Below are positions 10,787-22,199 of a stretch of DNA of 64,000 nucleotides, piece by piece; the stretch's first letter is position 1, and every line of letters begins with the position of its first letter. Origin of the DNA: an uncultured Cetobacterium sp. (lineage in GTDB: Bacteria > Fusobacteriota > Fusobacteriia > Fusobacteriales > Fusobacteriaceae); contig CAAFWD010000215.1 of the NCBI GenBank assembly GCA_900766645.1, positions 215-64,214 of the forward strand, given 5' to 3'. The position numbers and the translations under genes are program-made. The notes beneath the pieces were generated by a model. It searched no databases. It was not told the origin of the DNA and was given only the letters and a program-made list of their open reading frames with translations.

Positions 10787-11602
10787 TTATGAATTTAAAA
10801 GTCTTTTTAGCATTACAATAGTTTTTCCTTCTAGAGGGTGAATTATATTTGGAGCTATCTCGCTAAGTGGATCCAAAACAAAGGATCTTTCGCACATCCA
10901 TGGGTGAGGGATTGCAAGGTGATCTAATTGATAAATTTCATTATTGAAAAGAAGAATATCTAGGTCGATAATTCTAGGGCCCCATTTAATTTCTCTAATT
11001 CTTCCCATATCTTTTTCAATATTTAAAAGGTTTTCTAATAGTTCTTCAGCGGTTAGAAGAGTTTTTATTTCAAGACAAGCATTTAAAAAGTTATCTTGAA
11101 TAACATCTCCGAAAGGTTCTGTTTCTAAAAAATTACTAATTTTTGAAACAGTAGTATTTTTAATTAAGTTAATTTTTGAGATAGCAGTATCTAAATTCTT
11201 TTTAGTATTTCCAATGTTGGTTCCAATAGAAAGATATGCAGTATTTCTTTTTCTATTAGCTTCTACAGCGACAAAATCAAAATGTTTTTTAATAGGAGCC
11301 CAAGGTTTTTTTACAATAACTTTTACAGCATTGATAAGGGGGTACTCTATTAGTACATTTTCAGCTATGGACTCAGCTAACGCTTCGATTAAATCGAATG
11401 ATTTTGAAAAGAAAACTTTTTCTACGGTGTCAGAAACAAAACCGTAATGAGTTGAGTGTTCTAAATCGTCATTAACACCAGCCTTTCTAAAAGATGTTTC
11501 CATTTCTAAAGAGATTACAAATTTTTGATGTAAAAATTTTTCCTCTTGAAAAACACCATGATTACCTATAAATTCTAGATTTTTTATATATATTTTATCC
11601 AT
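10787..11602 (-). CDS. folK: Fused dihydroneopterin aldolase (FolB) / HPPK (FolK)
   Basis: N-terminal HGV..EE...QKF, LIEALAE, KPWAPI; C-terminal YLSIGTNIG, FLNA, WGPRIIDLDIL, PHP. Confidence 0.93.
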   Translation of the reverse strand: MDKIYIKNLEFIGNHGVFQEEKFLHQKFVISLEMETSFRKAGVNDDLEHSTHYGFVSDTVEKVFFSKSFDLIEALAESIAENVLIEYPLINAVKVIVKKPWAPIKKHFDFVAVEANRKRNTAYLSIGTNIGNTKKNLDTAISKINLIKNTTVSKISNFLETEPFGDVIQDNFLNACLEIKTLLTAEELLENLLNIEKDMGRIREIKWGPRIIDLDILLFNNEIYQLDHLAIPHPWMCERSFVLDPLSEIAPNIIHPLEGKTIVMLKRLLNS

Positions 11603-11614
11603 AGTATCTCCTTT

Positions 11615-12166
11615 TTATTTTATAAGTGTTAAAACTTCTGTTTTTAAATTTGAATTACTATCAAAAACTCCTCTTGAAGCAGTTGTAATAACTTTAGAAC
11701 CTACAGCTTTTACTCCACGCATAGTCATGCATGTGTGTTCTGCTTCAACGACTAGAAAAACACCTTTTGGATTTAAAGATGAAAAAATAGCATCTGCAAT
11801 TTCTGCAGTTAATCTTTCCTGAAGTTGGGGTCTTTTAGAAAAAGCTTCAATAACTTTAATTAAATCACCAAAACCAACAATTTTTCCATTTGGAATATAA
11901 GCAATAGATATTTTTCCGAAAAATGGAAGAAAATGGTGCTCACACATAGAGTAAAAAGTTATATTTTTTTCTAAAACTAAATCATCTTTTTCAACAGGAA
12001 AAGTTCTTTTTAGAAAATCAGAAGGGTTAAGTTTTAATCCTGAAAAGATTTCTTTATAAAAAAGTTCAATTCTTTCAGGAGTATTTTCAATGACCTCTTG
12101 AGAGATTAGATTGTTATCTGAATTTAATTCAGTAATTATATTTTTAATAGCATTTTTTATACTCAA
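11615..12166 (-). CDS. folE: GTP cyclohydrolase I
   Basis: TPER, FYSMCEHHFLPFFG, RPQLQERL, HTCMTMRGV; TTG start after GAGGTG. Confidence 0.96.
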   Translation of the reverse strand: MSIKNAIKNIITELNSDNNLISQEVIENTPERIELFYKEIFSGLKLNPSDFLKRTFPVEKDDLVLEKNITFYSMCEHHFLPFFGKISIAYIPNGKIVGFGDLIKVIEAFSKRPQLQERLTAEIADAIFSSLNPKGVFLVVEAEHTCMTMRGVKAVGSKVITTASRGVFDSNSNLKTEVLTLIK

Positions 12167-12254
12167 TTTTTCACCTCGAATATTCAGTTATATATTGGAT
12201 TATAACATAATATAATTACAAAAAAATAGATAAATGTTTGTAAAGAAAAAATGC

Positions 12255-12283
12255 TTGACAAACTTTGGCGATATAGATATAAT
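12255..12283 (+). promoter_or_regulatory. Consensus sigma70 promoter of ylxM-ffh-rpsP
   Basis: TTGACA-17 bp-TATAAT. Confidence 0.85.
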
Positions 12284-12297
12284 ATATTGGTGATATT

Positions 12298-12609
12298 ATG
12301 GAATTGGATGAGATGTTAGAAGTCTCTATTCTGCTTGACTATTATAAGAATCTTTTGAGTGATAGACAAAAAGAATATTTGTTAGAGCACTTCGAAGAAG
12401 ATTTATCTTTAACAGAGATAGGAAAAAAGCACAATGTAAGTAGACAAGCTGTCTATGATAATATTAAAAGAGGAATAAAAATCTTAAGGGGTTATGAAAA
12501 TAAGATAGGATTCTATAAAAGAGATAGAGAGCTTTTAGCCCAACTTAAAGATTTAAGAGAAAATTTTTCTAAGAAAAAATTAGATGAGATAATTGAAAAA
12601 AACTTTTAG
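12298..12609 (+). CDS. ylxM: YlxM (UPF0122) HTH protein
   Basis: LLDYY..LL..RQ, DLSLTEI...VSRQAVYDNIKR; upstream of ffh. Confidence 0.92.
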   Translation: MELDEMLEVSILLDYYKNLLSDRQKEYLLEHFEEDLSLTEIGKKHNVSRQAVYDNIKRGIKILRGYENKIGFYKRDRELLAQLKDLRENFSKKKLDEIIEKNF

Positions 12610-12620
12610 TAGGGGTGGCC

Positions 12621-13964
12621 ATGTTAGAAAATTTAGGAAGTAGATTCCAAGATATAATGAAAAAAGTAAGGGGTCATGGAAAACTAAGTGAAAGCAACAT
12701 AAAAGAAGCTTTACGTGAAGTTAGAATGTCTTTACTAGAGGCCGATGTAAACTATAAAGTAGTTAAAGATTTTGTGTCTAGAATACAAGAAAAGGCTGTA
12801 GGGACAGAGGTTTTAACAGGTATAAATCCAGGACAACAATTTATCAAAATTGTAAATGATGAGTTAATAGAGCTTTTAGGTGGAACAAATTCAAGATTAA
12901 CTAAAAGTGTAAAAAATCCGACTGTAATAATGTTAGCAGGATTACAAGGAGCAGGAAAAACTACATTTGCAGCAAAATTAGCTAATCACTTAAAAAAGAA
13001 AGGTGAAAAGTTATTTTTAATAGGAGCAGATATATATAGACCAGCAGCTATGAAGCAATTAGAGGTTTTAGCTCAGCAGATAGGTGTGGATGTATATTTT
13101 GAATTAGGTAGTAACGATGCAGTGGGTATTTGTGAAAGAGGACTTGCAAAAGCTAAAGAAGTGGGAGCAACTTACTTAATAATAGATACTGCAGGAAGAT
13201 TACATATAGATGAAAAATTAATGGAAGAGTTAAAAGATGTTAGAAAAATAGTAAGACCTCAAGAGATACTTCTTGTAGTGGATTCTATGATCGGACAAGA
13301 TGCTGTTAACTTAGCACAATCGTTTAACAATGCATTAAGTATAGATGGAGTGGTTTTAACAAAGTTTGATGGAGACACAAGAGGAGGAGCTGCACTATCT
13401 ATAAAATCAGTTGTGGGAAAACCTATAAAGTTTGTAGGAACTGGAGAAAAGATAGAAGATCTAGAGCTTTTCCATCCTGAGAGATTGGCTTCAAGAATTT
13501 TAGGAATGGGAGATGTTGTTTCTCTTGTAGAAAAAGCTCAAGAGGCTATAGATGAAGAGGATGCAAAGTCTTTAGAGGAAAAAATCAGAACTCAAAAATT
13601 TGATTTAGATGATTTCTTAAAGCAACTTCAAAATATAAAAAAATTAGGTTCTTTAGGAAGCATATTAAAAATGATTCCTGGAATGGGTCAAATAGGAGAT
13701 TTAGCCCCAGCTGAAAAAGAAATGAAAAAGGTAGAGGCTATAATTCAATCAATGACAAAAGAGGAAAGAAAAAAGCCTGAACTTTTAAAAGCTAGCAGAA
13801 AGCAAAGAATTGCAAAAGGAAGTGGAACTCAAGTATCAGATGTAAATAAATTGTTAAAACAATTTGAACAGATGAGAGAGATGATGAAGATGTTTTCAAC
13901 TGGAAAGTTTCCACAGCTACCTGGAATGGGTGGGAAAAAAGGTGGAATGAAATTTCCTTTTTAA
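12621..13964 (+). CDS. ffh: Signal recognition particle protein
   Basis: LLEADVN, GLQGAGKTT, DTAGR, TKFDGDTRGG, RIAKGSG; ATG at 12621 fits RBS AGGGGTGG better than GTG at 12615. Confidence 0.98.
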   Translation: MLENLGSRFQDIMKKVRGHGKLSESNIKEALREVRMSLLEADVNYKVVKDFVSRIQEKAVGTEVLTGINPGQQFIKIVNDELIELLGGTNSRLTKSVKNPTVIMLAGLQGAGKTTFAAKLANHLKKKGEKLFLIGADIYRPAAMKQLEVLAQQIGVDVYFELGSNDAVGICERGLAKAKEVGATYLIIDTAGRLHIDEKLMEELKDVRKIVRPQEILLVVDSMIGQDAVNLAQSFNNALSIDGVVLTKFDGDTRGGAALSIKSVVGKPIKFVGTGEKIEDLELFHPERLASRILGMGDVVSLVEKAQEAIDEEDAKSLEEKIRTQKFDLDDFLKQLQNIKKLGSLGSILKMIPGMGQIGDLAPAEKEMKKVEAIIQSMTKEERKKPELLKASRKQRIAKGSGTQVSDVNKLLKQFEQMREMMKMFSTGKFPQLPGMGGKKGGMKFPF

Positions 13965-14025
13965 AAATAAAAATTAGTTAAACCCAAAAATAAAATAGAG
14001 ATATATAAAGGAGAAGTGATTTTAA

Positions 14026-14289
14026 ATGTTAAAATTAAGATTAACTAGAATGGGAAGCAAAAAGAGACCTGTATACAGAATAGCAGCTATGGAAGCGTTA
14101 TCAAGAAGAGATGGAAAGGCAGTAGCATACTTAGGAAACTACTTCCCATTAGAGGATGGAAAAGTAACTCTTAAAGAAGAGGAAATCGTAAAGTTCCTTA
14201 TGAACGGAGCACAACCTACAAGAACAGTTAAGTCATTATTAGACAAAGCTGGAGTTTGGGCAAAGTTCGAAGCTGCAAAGAAAAACTAA
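14026..14289 (+). CDS. rpsP: 30S ribosomal protein S16
   Basis: MLKLRLTRMGSKKRPVYRI, RRDG, GAQPT. Confidence 0.97.
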   Translation: MLKLRLTRMGSKKRPVYRIAAMEALSRRDGKAVAYLGNYFPLEDGKVTLKEEEIVKFLMNGAQPTRTVKSLLDKAGVWAKFEAAKKN

Positions 14290-14302
14290 TTGCAATAAAA
14301 AT

Positions 14303-14328
14303 GAGGTGCCTAAAAGGCACCTTTTTTT
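14303..14328 (+). terminator. Intrinsic terminator after rpsP
   Basis: AGGTGCC-TAAAA-GGCACCT followed by T run. Confidence 0.85.
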
Positions 14329-14338
14329 CTGTTTATAT

Positions 14339-14368
14339 TAGACAATGATTATTAAAATATGGTATAAT
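14339..14368 (+). promoter_or_regulatory. Putative promoter of tex...glyS block
   Basis: TAGACA-18 bp-TATAAT with extended -10 TGn. Confidence 0.6.
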
Positions 14369-14403
14369 ACAAGGTAAATTCGACAACAAAAAGGAGATAG
14401 AAT

Positions 14404-16572
14404 ATGGATATGCTCTTTAATAGAATTGCAAAAGAAATGGGGTTAAAGGTTAGTCAGATATCTAATACAATAAAGTTATTGGATGAAGGGGCAACTGTAC
14501 CATTTATAGCAAGATACAGAAAAGAAATTACTGAAAATTTAGACGAAACGAATATTTTGAAGATATCAGAGATGATAACATATTTAAGAAATTTGGAAAG
14601 TAGAAAAGATGAAGTAATTAGATTGATCGATGAACAAGGAAAACTAACAGAAGAACTTCAAAAGCAAATTTTAGCAGCAGAAAAACTTCAGGAAGTTGAA
14701 GATTTGTATTTTCCATATAAAAAGAAGAGAAAAACAAAAGCTGACGTTGCTAAAGAGCAAGGTCTTGAACCTCTATCTGAGTTTCTTTATAAATGTAACT
14801 CATATTCAGAACTAGAGGAAAAGGCAAAAGAGTTTATAACGGAAGAGGTTACAACTATTGAATTGGCAATAGAAGGAGCCAAGCTAATTATTGCTCAAAA
14901 TATTTCAGAAAAACCTAAGTACAGAGAAAAAATAAGAGAGGAACTATTAAAAAAAGGGATTTTAGTTTCTAAAAAAACTAAAAAAGCTGAGGAGATAGAT
15001 TCCAAGCTTGTGTACAAAGATTATTATGAATATGAAGAGAATGTTGCAAAAGCTGTTTCTCACAGAATATTAGCTTTAAATAGAGGTGAGAAAGAGGATG
15101 TATTATCTGTAAGTGTTGTTTTTAATGATTTAGAAAGGGAATTTATAGAAAATTACCTACTAAAATGTGAATTTGAAAATAAATCTTTAGTAGAATTATA
15201 TAAAGAGGTTATTAAGGATTCGCTAACTAGATTGATACTACCATCTATTGAAAGAGAAGTTAGAAATATTTTGACAGAAAAATCAGAAGAGGAAGCAATA
15301 GTTGTATTTAAAGAAAATTTAAAAAATCTATTAATGCAATCTCCTTTAGATAATAAAAATATACTAGCTTTAGATCCAGGATATAGAACAGGTTGTAAAG
15401 TAGCAGTTATAGATAATAATGGATTTTACAGAGAGAGCACAGTTTTCTTTCTAGTAAAAAATATGCATACAGAAAAACAATTAAAAGATGCAGAAAAGAG
15501 AATGATAGATCTTATAGAGAAGTATTCTGTAGATATAGTTGTTATAGGAAATGGAACTGCATCAAGAGAAACAGAGAGTTTTGTTGCAGAAGTTCTTAAG
15601 AAGCTAAAAAAAGATGTAAAATATCTAATTGGAAATGAAGCAGGAGCATCAATATATTCTGCATCTAAAATAGCGGTAGAAGAATTTCCAGATTTAGATG
15701 TAACAGTTAGGGGAGCTATTTCCATTGGAAGAAGAATACAGGATCCTTTAGCTGAATTAGTAAAGATAGATCCTAAATCTATTGGAGTTGGGATGTATCA
15801 ACATGATGTGAATCAAAAAAAATTAGATGCGTCATTAGAAGAGGTAATAGAACAAGTTGTAAATAGAGTTGGAGTAAACTTGAATACAGCTTCATGGGCT
15901 TTATTATCATATATATCAGGAGTAAAAAAGACAGTAGCTAAAAATATAGTTGAATACAGAAAAGAGAATGGAAATTTTAAGAACAGAAAAGAGTTGTTGA
16001 AAGTAAAGGGAATAGGTGCAAAAGCTTATGAACAAATGGCCGGATTTTTAGTTATTTTAAATGGTGAAAACAGTTTAGATAACACAATCATTCACCCAGA
16101 ATCATATGGGATTGCAGAGGATATTCTTAAATCTGTAGGGTTAAGCTTGAAAGAATATGCTAAAGATCCTGCTTTAGCAAGAGACAAGTTTAAAGGATTT
16201 GATCCTAAGAAGTACTCGGAAGAAAATGGATTAGGATCTGAAACTGTAAAAGATATATATGAAGCTTTAATTAAGGAAAGAAGAGACCCAAGAGATAGCT
16301 TCCAAAAGCCGTTATTAAAATCAGATATTTTAAGTATAGAAAATTTAACTCCTGGAATGGAGTTAGAGGGAACAGTTAGAAATGTTGTTAAATTTGGTGC
16401 TTTTATAGATATTGGTTTAAAAAATGATGCTCTTCTTCATATATCGGAGATATCAGATAAATTTATAGATGATCCAAGTAAAGTTTTAGCAGTTGGACAA
16501 ATTATAAAAGTTAAGATAAAAGATATTGATAGAGAAAGGGAGAGAGTAGGGTTAACAAAAAAGGGGTTATAA
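14404..16572 (+). CDS. tex: Tex family RNA-binding transcription accessory protein (S1 domain)
   Basis: GATVPFIARYRKE, LDPGYRTGCK, QDPLAELVKIDPKSIGVGMYQHD, C-terminal S1 FGAFIDIG. Confidence 0.96.
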   Translation: MDMLFNRIAKEMGLKVSQISNTIKLLDEGATVPFIARYRKEITENLDETNILKISEMITYLRNLESRKDEVIRLIDEQGKLTEELQKQILAAEKLQEVEDLYFPYKKKRKTKADVAKEQGLEPLSEFLYKCNSYSELEEKAKEFITEEVTTIELAIEGAKLIIAQNISEKPKYREKIREELLKKGILVSKKTKKAEEIDSKLVYKDYYEYEENVAKAVSHRILALNRGEKEDVLSVSVVFNDLEREFIENYLLKCEFENKSLVELYKEVIKDSLTRLILPSIEREVRNILTEKSEEEAIVVFKENLKNLLMQSPLDNKNILALDPGYRTGCKVAVIDNNGFYRESTVFFLVKNMHTEKQLKDAEKRMIDLIEKYSVDIVVIGNGTASRETESFVAEVLKKLKKDVKYLIGNEAGASIYSASKIAVEEFPDLDVTVRGAISIGRRIQDPLAELVKIDPKSIGVGMYQHDVNQKKLDASLEEVIEQVVNRVGVNLNTASWALLSYISGVKKTVAKNIVEYRKENGNFKNRKELLKVKGIGAKAYEQMAGFLVILNGENSLDNTIIHPESYGIAEDILKSVGLSLKEYAKDPALARDKFKGFDPKKYSEENGLGSETVKDIYEALIKERRDPRDSFQKPLLKSDILSIENLTPGMELEGTVRNVVKFGAFIDIGLKNDALLHISEISDKFIDDPSKVLAVGQIIKVKIKDIDRERERVGLTKKGL

Positions 16573-16575
16573 AAT

Positions 16576-18915
16576 ATGAGGATAAGAAAAGACTCATTAT
16601 TAGTAAAGATAATCTTTTACAATGATATAGCTATATTTATAACCTCTATTTTAATTGCGATGGCTGTAATAATAACTTCTTTTCAGGCTATGGAAAGAAG
16701 AGTGGAAGATACAACTGAAAATAAGATGAAGCTACTTGTTACAAATTATGAGAGCTATTTTAGAGAAGTTAGAAATGATGTTTACAAAGAGATCGGAAAA
16801 CACCATATCTCGGAAGGGAATCAAAAGATTGCGGAAACATTAAAATATAACTTATTAAAAAGAGATTTTAAAAACTACTATGAGTGTGTAATTACGATTT
16901 TGTCAGCTGATGGAAATCTTTTAGGTGAGTACGGAAGTGATAGCCATTTAGGAACACTAAATGATAGTAATATACGGATATTATTAGCAAATGCTAAGAA
17001 AAAAGAGGTAGAAGAGGACGGATATTATTTAGCTAAAATAGGACCTTTGATTTATTCGAGGATTGTAATTCCTTATGGAGATGAAAATACAACAAATTAT
17101 ATAGTAGTTTCTATTCCTATAAATTTAAACTTTTTGAAATCTTTAGAAGAGGGATTAGGCTTAAGCTCAGCAGACAAATCAATCTTTTTAGTAAATGGTA
17201 AATCAAAAGATGGGGTTCAAAGCAAAAAGTTTTTTTCAGAAAAAGTATACGATGAGATAGCTAAAAAAGATTATTCTTACTATTATTTGAATGAAAAAAT
17301 AGATGGGGATAGTTATTATGTAGGTGTTTATAATCTTATTGAATATACAGATGAATATTTAGGAAGTTTTGTTTTGGCAATATCAAAAGAGAAATTAATT
17401 GAAGAAAAAATAATGACAACTATTTACATAGGGGCATTAGTACTATTTATCATGATATTAAGTTCTACAATTTCAAATAAAGTTTTTAGAAAACTGTTAT
17501 TACCACTAAGTGAAATAGCAGATTTAGCAGATAAAATTTCTAATGGTGAAAAGATTAGAGATATAAAATTAATGGGAGAGGGAGAAATAAGAACTCTTTC
17601 AGATTCATTTAAAAAAATGATCGAGAAATTAAATATTGCTCAAAAAGATTTAAAAAATCAAAATAGAGAGCTATTAAGAAATATTGAAAGAATTGAAGCT
17701 ATAGATAGATTATTAATGGGAATGAATATAGAGAAGGATACATATGAGACAATTAGAAAGTTAGTATCTGGATTTACATCTGAAGTCGGATTGGGATATG
17801 GAAGAGCTATGTATTTTAGATACAGTAGAGAAAATGATTACCTAATCGGAGAAAGAGTTTCTATAAACGGAAGTTTGAGTGAAGAAAGCTCAAAAGGATT
17901 CAAATTCCAAGTTGCGGATTTAAAAGAATTAATAAGATTCACAAAAGTTTCAGTGAGAGATAATAATTTATTAGCACAATCTTTTAATGGTCAAAAAATA
18001 ATTTATAAAAACGATAGTGGATATAAATATGATTTAGGTAGCGATTTATTAAAAGCGATTGGGCTTAAAAATTTCTTTATTTTTCCAATTCATGGTGCTG
18101 GAAAATATTCAGGGATAATTATAGTAGATAACTACACAAAAGATGTAAAAATAAATCAAGAAGAGTTAGAGTTATTAAATTTATTAGCTATTAACTTTTC
18201 AATTGGAATAAACAATAAGGAGACAACAGCTGAAATTTTAGAAAATCAAAGAGTTATGACAATAGAGAAATTAGCTACAAGATTTTTAAAACTAAGAGGG
18301 GAAGTTGTTGAAAAGCTCCTTCAATGTATAGATGATGAAAATTCAGGAGAGAGAATTATACAGGAGTTAGATGAGATAAAATCTTATTTAAAAAGAATAA
18401 AAGAGGATAATGTATCCTTAAGAGATTACTCTGAACACTCTCAAATGAAAATGGAAAGATTATGTTTAGATAAACTATTGAATAAAGTTATAGGAAGCTA
18501 TAAGGAGAAATTTGAGAAGGAAAATATTTCAGTTTCATTTTTCAGTGCAACTAGTGGAGTTATTTTAGGTGATGAAAGTTGTTTTGAAAAAGTAATCAAA
18601 GAATTACTTGAAAATTCGTATATAGCTTTATTAAAAAGAAAAAGTAATAGAAGAATAAATATAATTCTTTCAAAAAGAAAAATTAACGAAAAAATAGAGT
18701 TAAAAATAATTGATAATGGTGTTGGAATGACTAAAAAGCAGTTAGAAGACATCTATGAACCATTTATTACAAATTCACCTCAAAATTTAGGTTTAGGGCT
18801 ATTCTATGTGCACAAAATAATAAAAGATCACAAAGGGGTTATAAAGCACTTTACCGAAGAGGGAAAAATGACAGAAGTAAAAATAACTTTAAATGCATAT
18901 AAGGAGGAAGTGTAA
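16576..18915 (+). CDS. Membrane sensor histidine-kinase-like protein (2 TM, HAMP, GAF-like, HATPase_c), apparently lacking the phospho-His
   Basis: Two hydrophobic helices, HAMP (PL..I...ADKI..G, GEI..L..SF..M), N box ELLENS, G1 DNGVG, F box IYEPF, G2 LGLGL. Confidence 0.8.
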   Translation: MRIRKDSLLVKIIFYNDIAIFITSILIAMAVIITSFQAMERRVEDTTENKMKLLVTNYESYFREVRNDVYKEIGKHHISEGNQKIAETLKYNLLKRDFKNYYECVITILSADGNLLGEYGSDSHLGTLNDSNIRILLANAKKKEVEEDGYYLAKIGPLIYSRIVIPYGDENTTNYIVVSIPINLNFLKSLEEGLGLSSADKSIFLVNGKSKDGVQSKKFFSEKVYDEIAKKDYSYYYLNEKIDGDSYYVGVYNLIEYTDEYLGSFVLAISKEKLIEEKIMTTIYIGALVLFIMILSSTISNKVFRKLLLPLSEIADLADKISNGEKIRDIKLMGEGEIRTLSDSFKKMIEKLNIAQKDLKNQNRELLRNIERIEAIDRLLMGMNIEKDTYETIRKLVSGFTSEVGLGYGRAMYFRYSRENDYLIGERVSINGSLSEESSKGFKFQVADLKELIRFTKVSVRDNNLLAQSFNGQKIIYKNDSGYKYDLGSDLLKAIGLKNFFIFPIHGAGKYSGIIIVDNYTKDVKINQEELELLNLLAINFSIGINNKETTAEILENQRVMTIEKLATRFLKLRGEVVEKLLQCIDDENSGERIIQELDEIKSYLKRIKEDNVSLRDYSEHSQMKMERLCLDKLLNKVIGSYKEKFEKENISVSFFSATSGVILGDESCFEKVIKELLENSYIALLKRKSNRRINIILSKRKINEKIELKIIDNGVGMTKKQLEDIYEPFITNSPQNLGLGLFYVHKIIKDHKGVIKHFTEEGKMTEVKITLNAYKEEV

Positions 18916-21710
18916 TGGAAGAAAGAGATTATGGAAAGACGTTAAACCTTCCGAAAACAAGTTTCCAGATGAGAGCAAACTTACCGACGAAGGAACCTAA
19001 CATTTTAAAAATGTGGGATGATCAAAAAATTTATGAAAAAGGTTTAGAAAAGGGAAATAAAACATTTATCCTTCATGATGGACCTCCATACGCAAATGGT
19101 GGAATTCATATAGGACATGCTTTAAATAAAATATTAAAGGATATTATATTAAAGTATAAAAGATTATCAGGTTTCACAGTTCCTTACGTACCAGGATGGG
19201 ATACACATGGACTACCAATTGAGCTTAAAGTAAGTGAGGAGCTTGGAGAAAAAATGAAGGAGATGTCTCCTTTAGAAATTAGAGAAAAGTGTGCTGCTTA
19301 TGCTAAAAAATGGGTAGAGGTACAAAAAGAAGGATTCCAAAGACTTGGAATTTTAGGAGAATGGGATAACCCATATCTAACTTTAAATCCAGAATATGAG
19401 GCTAAACAATTAGAGGTATTCGGAGAGTTATATGAAAATGGGTACGTATTCAAAGGATTAAAACCGATTTATTGGTCTCCAGTTACAGAAACAGCTTTAG
19501 CAGAAGCTGAGATTGAATATAAGAATCATAAATCACCATCTATTTATGTAAAGATGGAAGTTAATAAAGAAATTTTAGATAAAATTGGAATGACTGAACC
19601 AACATTCTTAGTAATTTGGACAACAACACCTTGGACATTACCTGCAAATACAGGAATTTGTTTAAATGGAGAGTTTGAGTACGGAGTTTATGCAACAGAA
19701 AAAGGAAATTTAATTTTAGCTAAAGTTTTAGCAGATAAAGCTTTTGCTGACATGGGAATAGAAAATGTTGAGTTAGTAAAAGAGTTCGTAGGAGCAGATT
19801 TAGAAAATTTAACTTACCAACATCCATTCTTAGATAGAACAGGAAGAGTTGTATTAGGAACTCACGTAACTGCAGAAGCAGGAACAGGAGTAGTTCATAC
19901 AGCACCAGGACATGGACAGGATGACTACGTTGTAGGAGTGAGATATGGGTTACCAATCGTTTCTCCAATAAACAATAAAGGAGTTCTAACAGAGGAAGCT
20001 GGACAGTTTGCAGGACTATTCTATAAAAAGGCAAACAAAGTTATAGCTGATCATTTAACAGAGACAGGGCATTTATTAAGTTATAAAGAGTTTGAGCACT
20101 CTTATCCACACGATTGGAGATCAAAAACTCCAGTTATATTTAGAGCCACTGAGCAATGGTTTATTAGATGTGAAGGATCTGACCTGAGAGAAAAGGCATT
20201 AAAAGCATTAGATGATGTTAAGTTTGTTCCTGAATGGGGAAGAAATAGAATAGGTTCTATGTTAGAAACAAGACCTGACTGGTGTATCTCAAGACAAAGA
20301 ACTTGGGGAGTTCCAATTCCAGTATTCTATAACGAAGCAACTGGAAAAGAGATTTTTGAAAAAGAAATCTTAAATAGAGTAATAGATATTGTTAAAAAAG
20401 AGGGTTCAGGAGCTTGGGTAAAATACACAGCTGAAGAATTAATCGGAGAAGAGTTATTAGAAAAATATAACTTAAAAGGTATCGAGTTAAGAAAAGAAAC
20501 AAATATTATGGACGTTTGGTTTGACTCAGGAGTTTCTCATAGATCAGTATTAGAAACTAGAGAGAGATTACAGAGACCAGCAGATCTATACTTAGAAGGA
20601 TCAGATCAGCATAGAGGATGGTTCCAAACATCACTATTAACTTCTGTTGGATCAACAGGAGATGCTCCTTTCAAAATGTTATTAACACATGGATTCGTTA
20701 ATGACGGAGAGGGAAGAAAAATGTCTAAGTCAATTGGAAACGTAGTTGCACCTCAAGATGTAATTAAAGTTTACGGAGCAGATATTTTAAGATTATGGTG
20801 TGCATCAGTTGACTATAGTGAGGATGTAAAAATTTCTGATAATATCTTAAAGCAAATGGCAGAAGCTTATAGAAGAGTAAGAAATACAGCTAGATACATT
20901 TTAGGAAACTCAGCAGACTTTAACCCAACAACAGATTCAGTAGCTTATGAAGATTTAATGGAAATCGATAAGTGGGCACTAAATAAATTAGAGAGATTAA
21001 AGAGAGTGGTTACAGAATCATATGATAAATATGAGTTCTATAACTTATTCCAAGAGATCCATTATTTTGCAGGAATTGATATGTCAGCATTCTATTTAGA
21101 TATAATCAAAGATAGATTATATGCAGAGAAAGCAGATTCAAAAGAGAGAAGAGCAGCACAGACAGTTATGTCAGAAATTTTAGTTACATTAACTAAGATG
21201 ATAGCTCCAATCTTATCATTCACAGCAGAAGAGATCTGGGGAACTTTACCAGAATCATTAAAAGATTCTGAATCAGTTCTATTAACAGATTGGTATGTAA
21301 ATAAGAACGAGTACTTAAGAGATGACTTAGATTCTAAGTGGGAAGCTATAGTAGCTTTAAGAAAAGATGTTAATAAAACTTTAGAGTTAGCAAGACAAGG
21401 AGAAAATAGAATAATTGGAAACTCTTTAGATGCTAAGGTATTACTTCACTCTACAGATTCTGAATTAACTAACTTCTTAAAAGAAAATAAAGAAATCTTA
21501 GAAGAGGTATTTATTGTATCTCAATTAGAGATTGTAGATTCTGCAGACGAGACATTCATGAAAGGTGAAGAGAAGGAAGCTTTACTTGTAAAAGTTGAAC
21601 ATGCAGATGGAGAAAAGTGTGAGAGATGTTGGAAATACTCGACAGAGTTAGGAACAAATGAAGAGCATTCAACAATTTGTCCAAGATGTACATCAGCACT
21701 TATTGACTAA
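18915..21710 (+). CDS. ileS: Isoleucyl-tRNA synthetase (type 1)
   Basis: [27 protein letters not shown]-terminal zinc finger CERCW...CPRC. Confidence 0.98.
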   Translation: MEERDYGKTLNLPKTSFQMRANLPTKEPNILKMWDDQKIYEKGLEKGNKTFILHDGPPYANGGIHIGHALNKILKDIILKYKRLSGFTVPYVPGWDTHGLPIELKVSEELGEKMKEMSPLEIREKCAAYAKKWVEVQKEGFQRLGILGEWDNPYLTLNPEYEAKQLEVFGELYENGYVFKGLKPIYWSPVTETALAEAEIEYKNHKSPSIYVKMEVNKEILDKIGMTEPTFLVIWTTTPWTLPANTGICLNGEFEYGVYATEKGNLILAKVLADKAFADMGIENVELVKEFVGADLENLTYQHPFLDRTGRVVLGTHVTAEAGTGVVHTAPGHGQDDYVVGVRYGLPIVSPINNKGVLTEEAGQFAGLFYKKANKVIADHLTETGHLLSYKEFEHSYPHDWRSKTPVIFRATEQWFIRCEGSDLREKALKALDDVKFVPEWGRNRIGSMLETRPDWCISRQRTWGVPIPVFYNEATGKEIFEKEILNRVIDIVKKEGSGAWVKYTAEELIGEELLEKYNLKGIELRKETNIMDVWFDSGVSHRSVLETRERLQRPADLYLEGSDQHRGWFQTSLLTSVGSTGDAPFKMLLTHGFVNDGEGRKMSKSIGNVVAPQDVIKVYGADILRLWCASVDYSEDVKISDNILKQMAEAYRRVRNTARYILGNSADFNPTTDSVAYEDLMEIDKWALNKLERLKRVVTESYDKYEFYNLFQEIHYFAGIDMSAFYLDIIKDRLYAEKADSKERRAAQTVMSEILVTLTKMIAPILSFTAEEIWGTLPESLKDSESVLLTDWYVNKNEYLRDDLDSKWEAIVALRKDVNKTLELARQGENRIIGNSLDAKVLLHSTDSELTNFLKENKEILEEVFIVSQLEIVDSADETFMKGEEKEALLVKVEHADGEKCERCWKYSTELGTNEEHSTICPRCTSALID

Positions 21711-21729
21711 TTTTATAAAGAGGTGAGTT

Positions 21730-22188
21730 GTGTTATACATAGCTATAATAATTTTATTAGCATTAATAGATCAACTTTCAAAATATAAAATAGACAATTG
21801 GTTAAGAGAAGGAGAAACTTTCCCTGTTATAGGGGAGTTTTTCCACTTAACTTATGTAAAAAATAGAGGAATAGCTTTTGGAATGTTCCAAGGAAAGTTG
21901 GATATAATATCTTTAGTAACAATTTTTGTTATCATAGGAGTGGGAGTATATTTTTTTAAGAATAGAAAAACGTTTTCTGTTTTTGAGAAGGTAGGTTACA
22001 GTTTCATACTAGGTGGAGCAATAGGTAATATAATTGATAGATTATCTAGAGGTTTTGTTGTAGATATGATAGATTTTAGAGGAATATGGGTATTTGTATT
22101 CAACTTAGCAGATGTTTGGATCAATATAGGAGTTATTCTGATAATAATAGATAGTTTATTAGAAAATAAAAGGAAAAAGAAAAATTAG
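21730..22188 (+). CDS. lspA: Lipoprotein signal peptidase II
   Basis: [32 protein letters not shown]. Confidence 0.96.
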   Translation: MLYIAIIILLALIDQLSKYKIDNWLREGETFPVIGEFFHLTYVKNRGIAFGMFQGKLDIISLVTIFVIIGVGVYFFKNRKTFSVFEKVGYSFILGGAIGNIIDRLSRGFVVDMIDFRGIWVFVFNLADVWINIGVILIIIDSLLENKRKKKN

Positions 22189-22199
22189 GAGGAAGTGAA

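Noticed and set aside
10787..11602. FolB-FolK fusion as a novelty
   Set aside because: A known arrangement (e.g. pneumococcal SulD).
12200..12227. dif-like TTATGTTATAA on the minus strand upstream of folE (similar at about 55545)
   Set aside because: Better explained as extended -10 promoters (TGTTATAAT); no matching second arm and not at the bias switch.
18840..18915. T-box leader for ileS or glyQS
   Set aside because: No intergenic space (ileS overlaps the upstream gene; glyQ is 11 bp after lspA) and no T-box motif seen.
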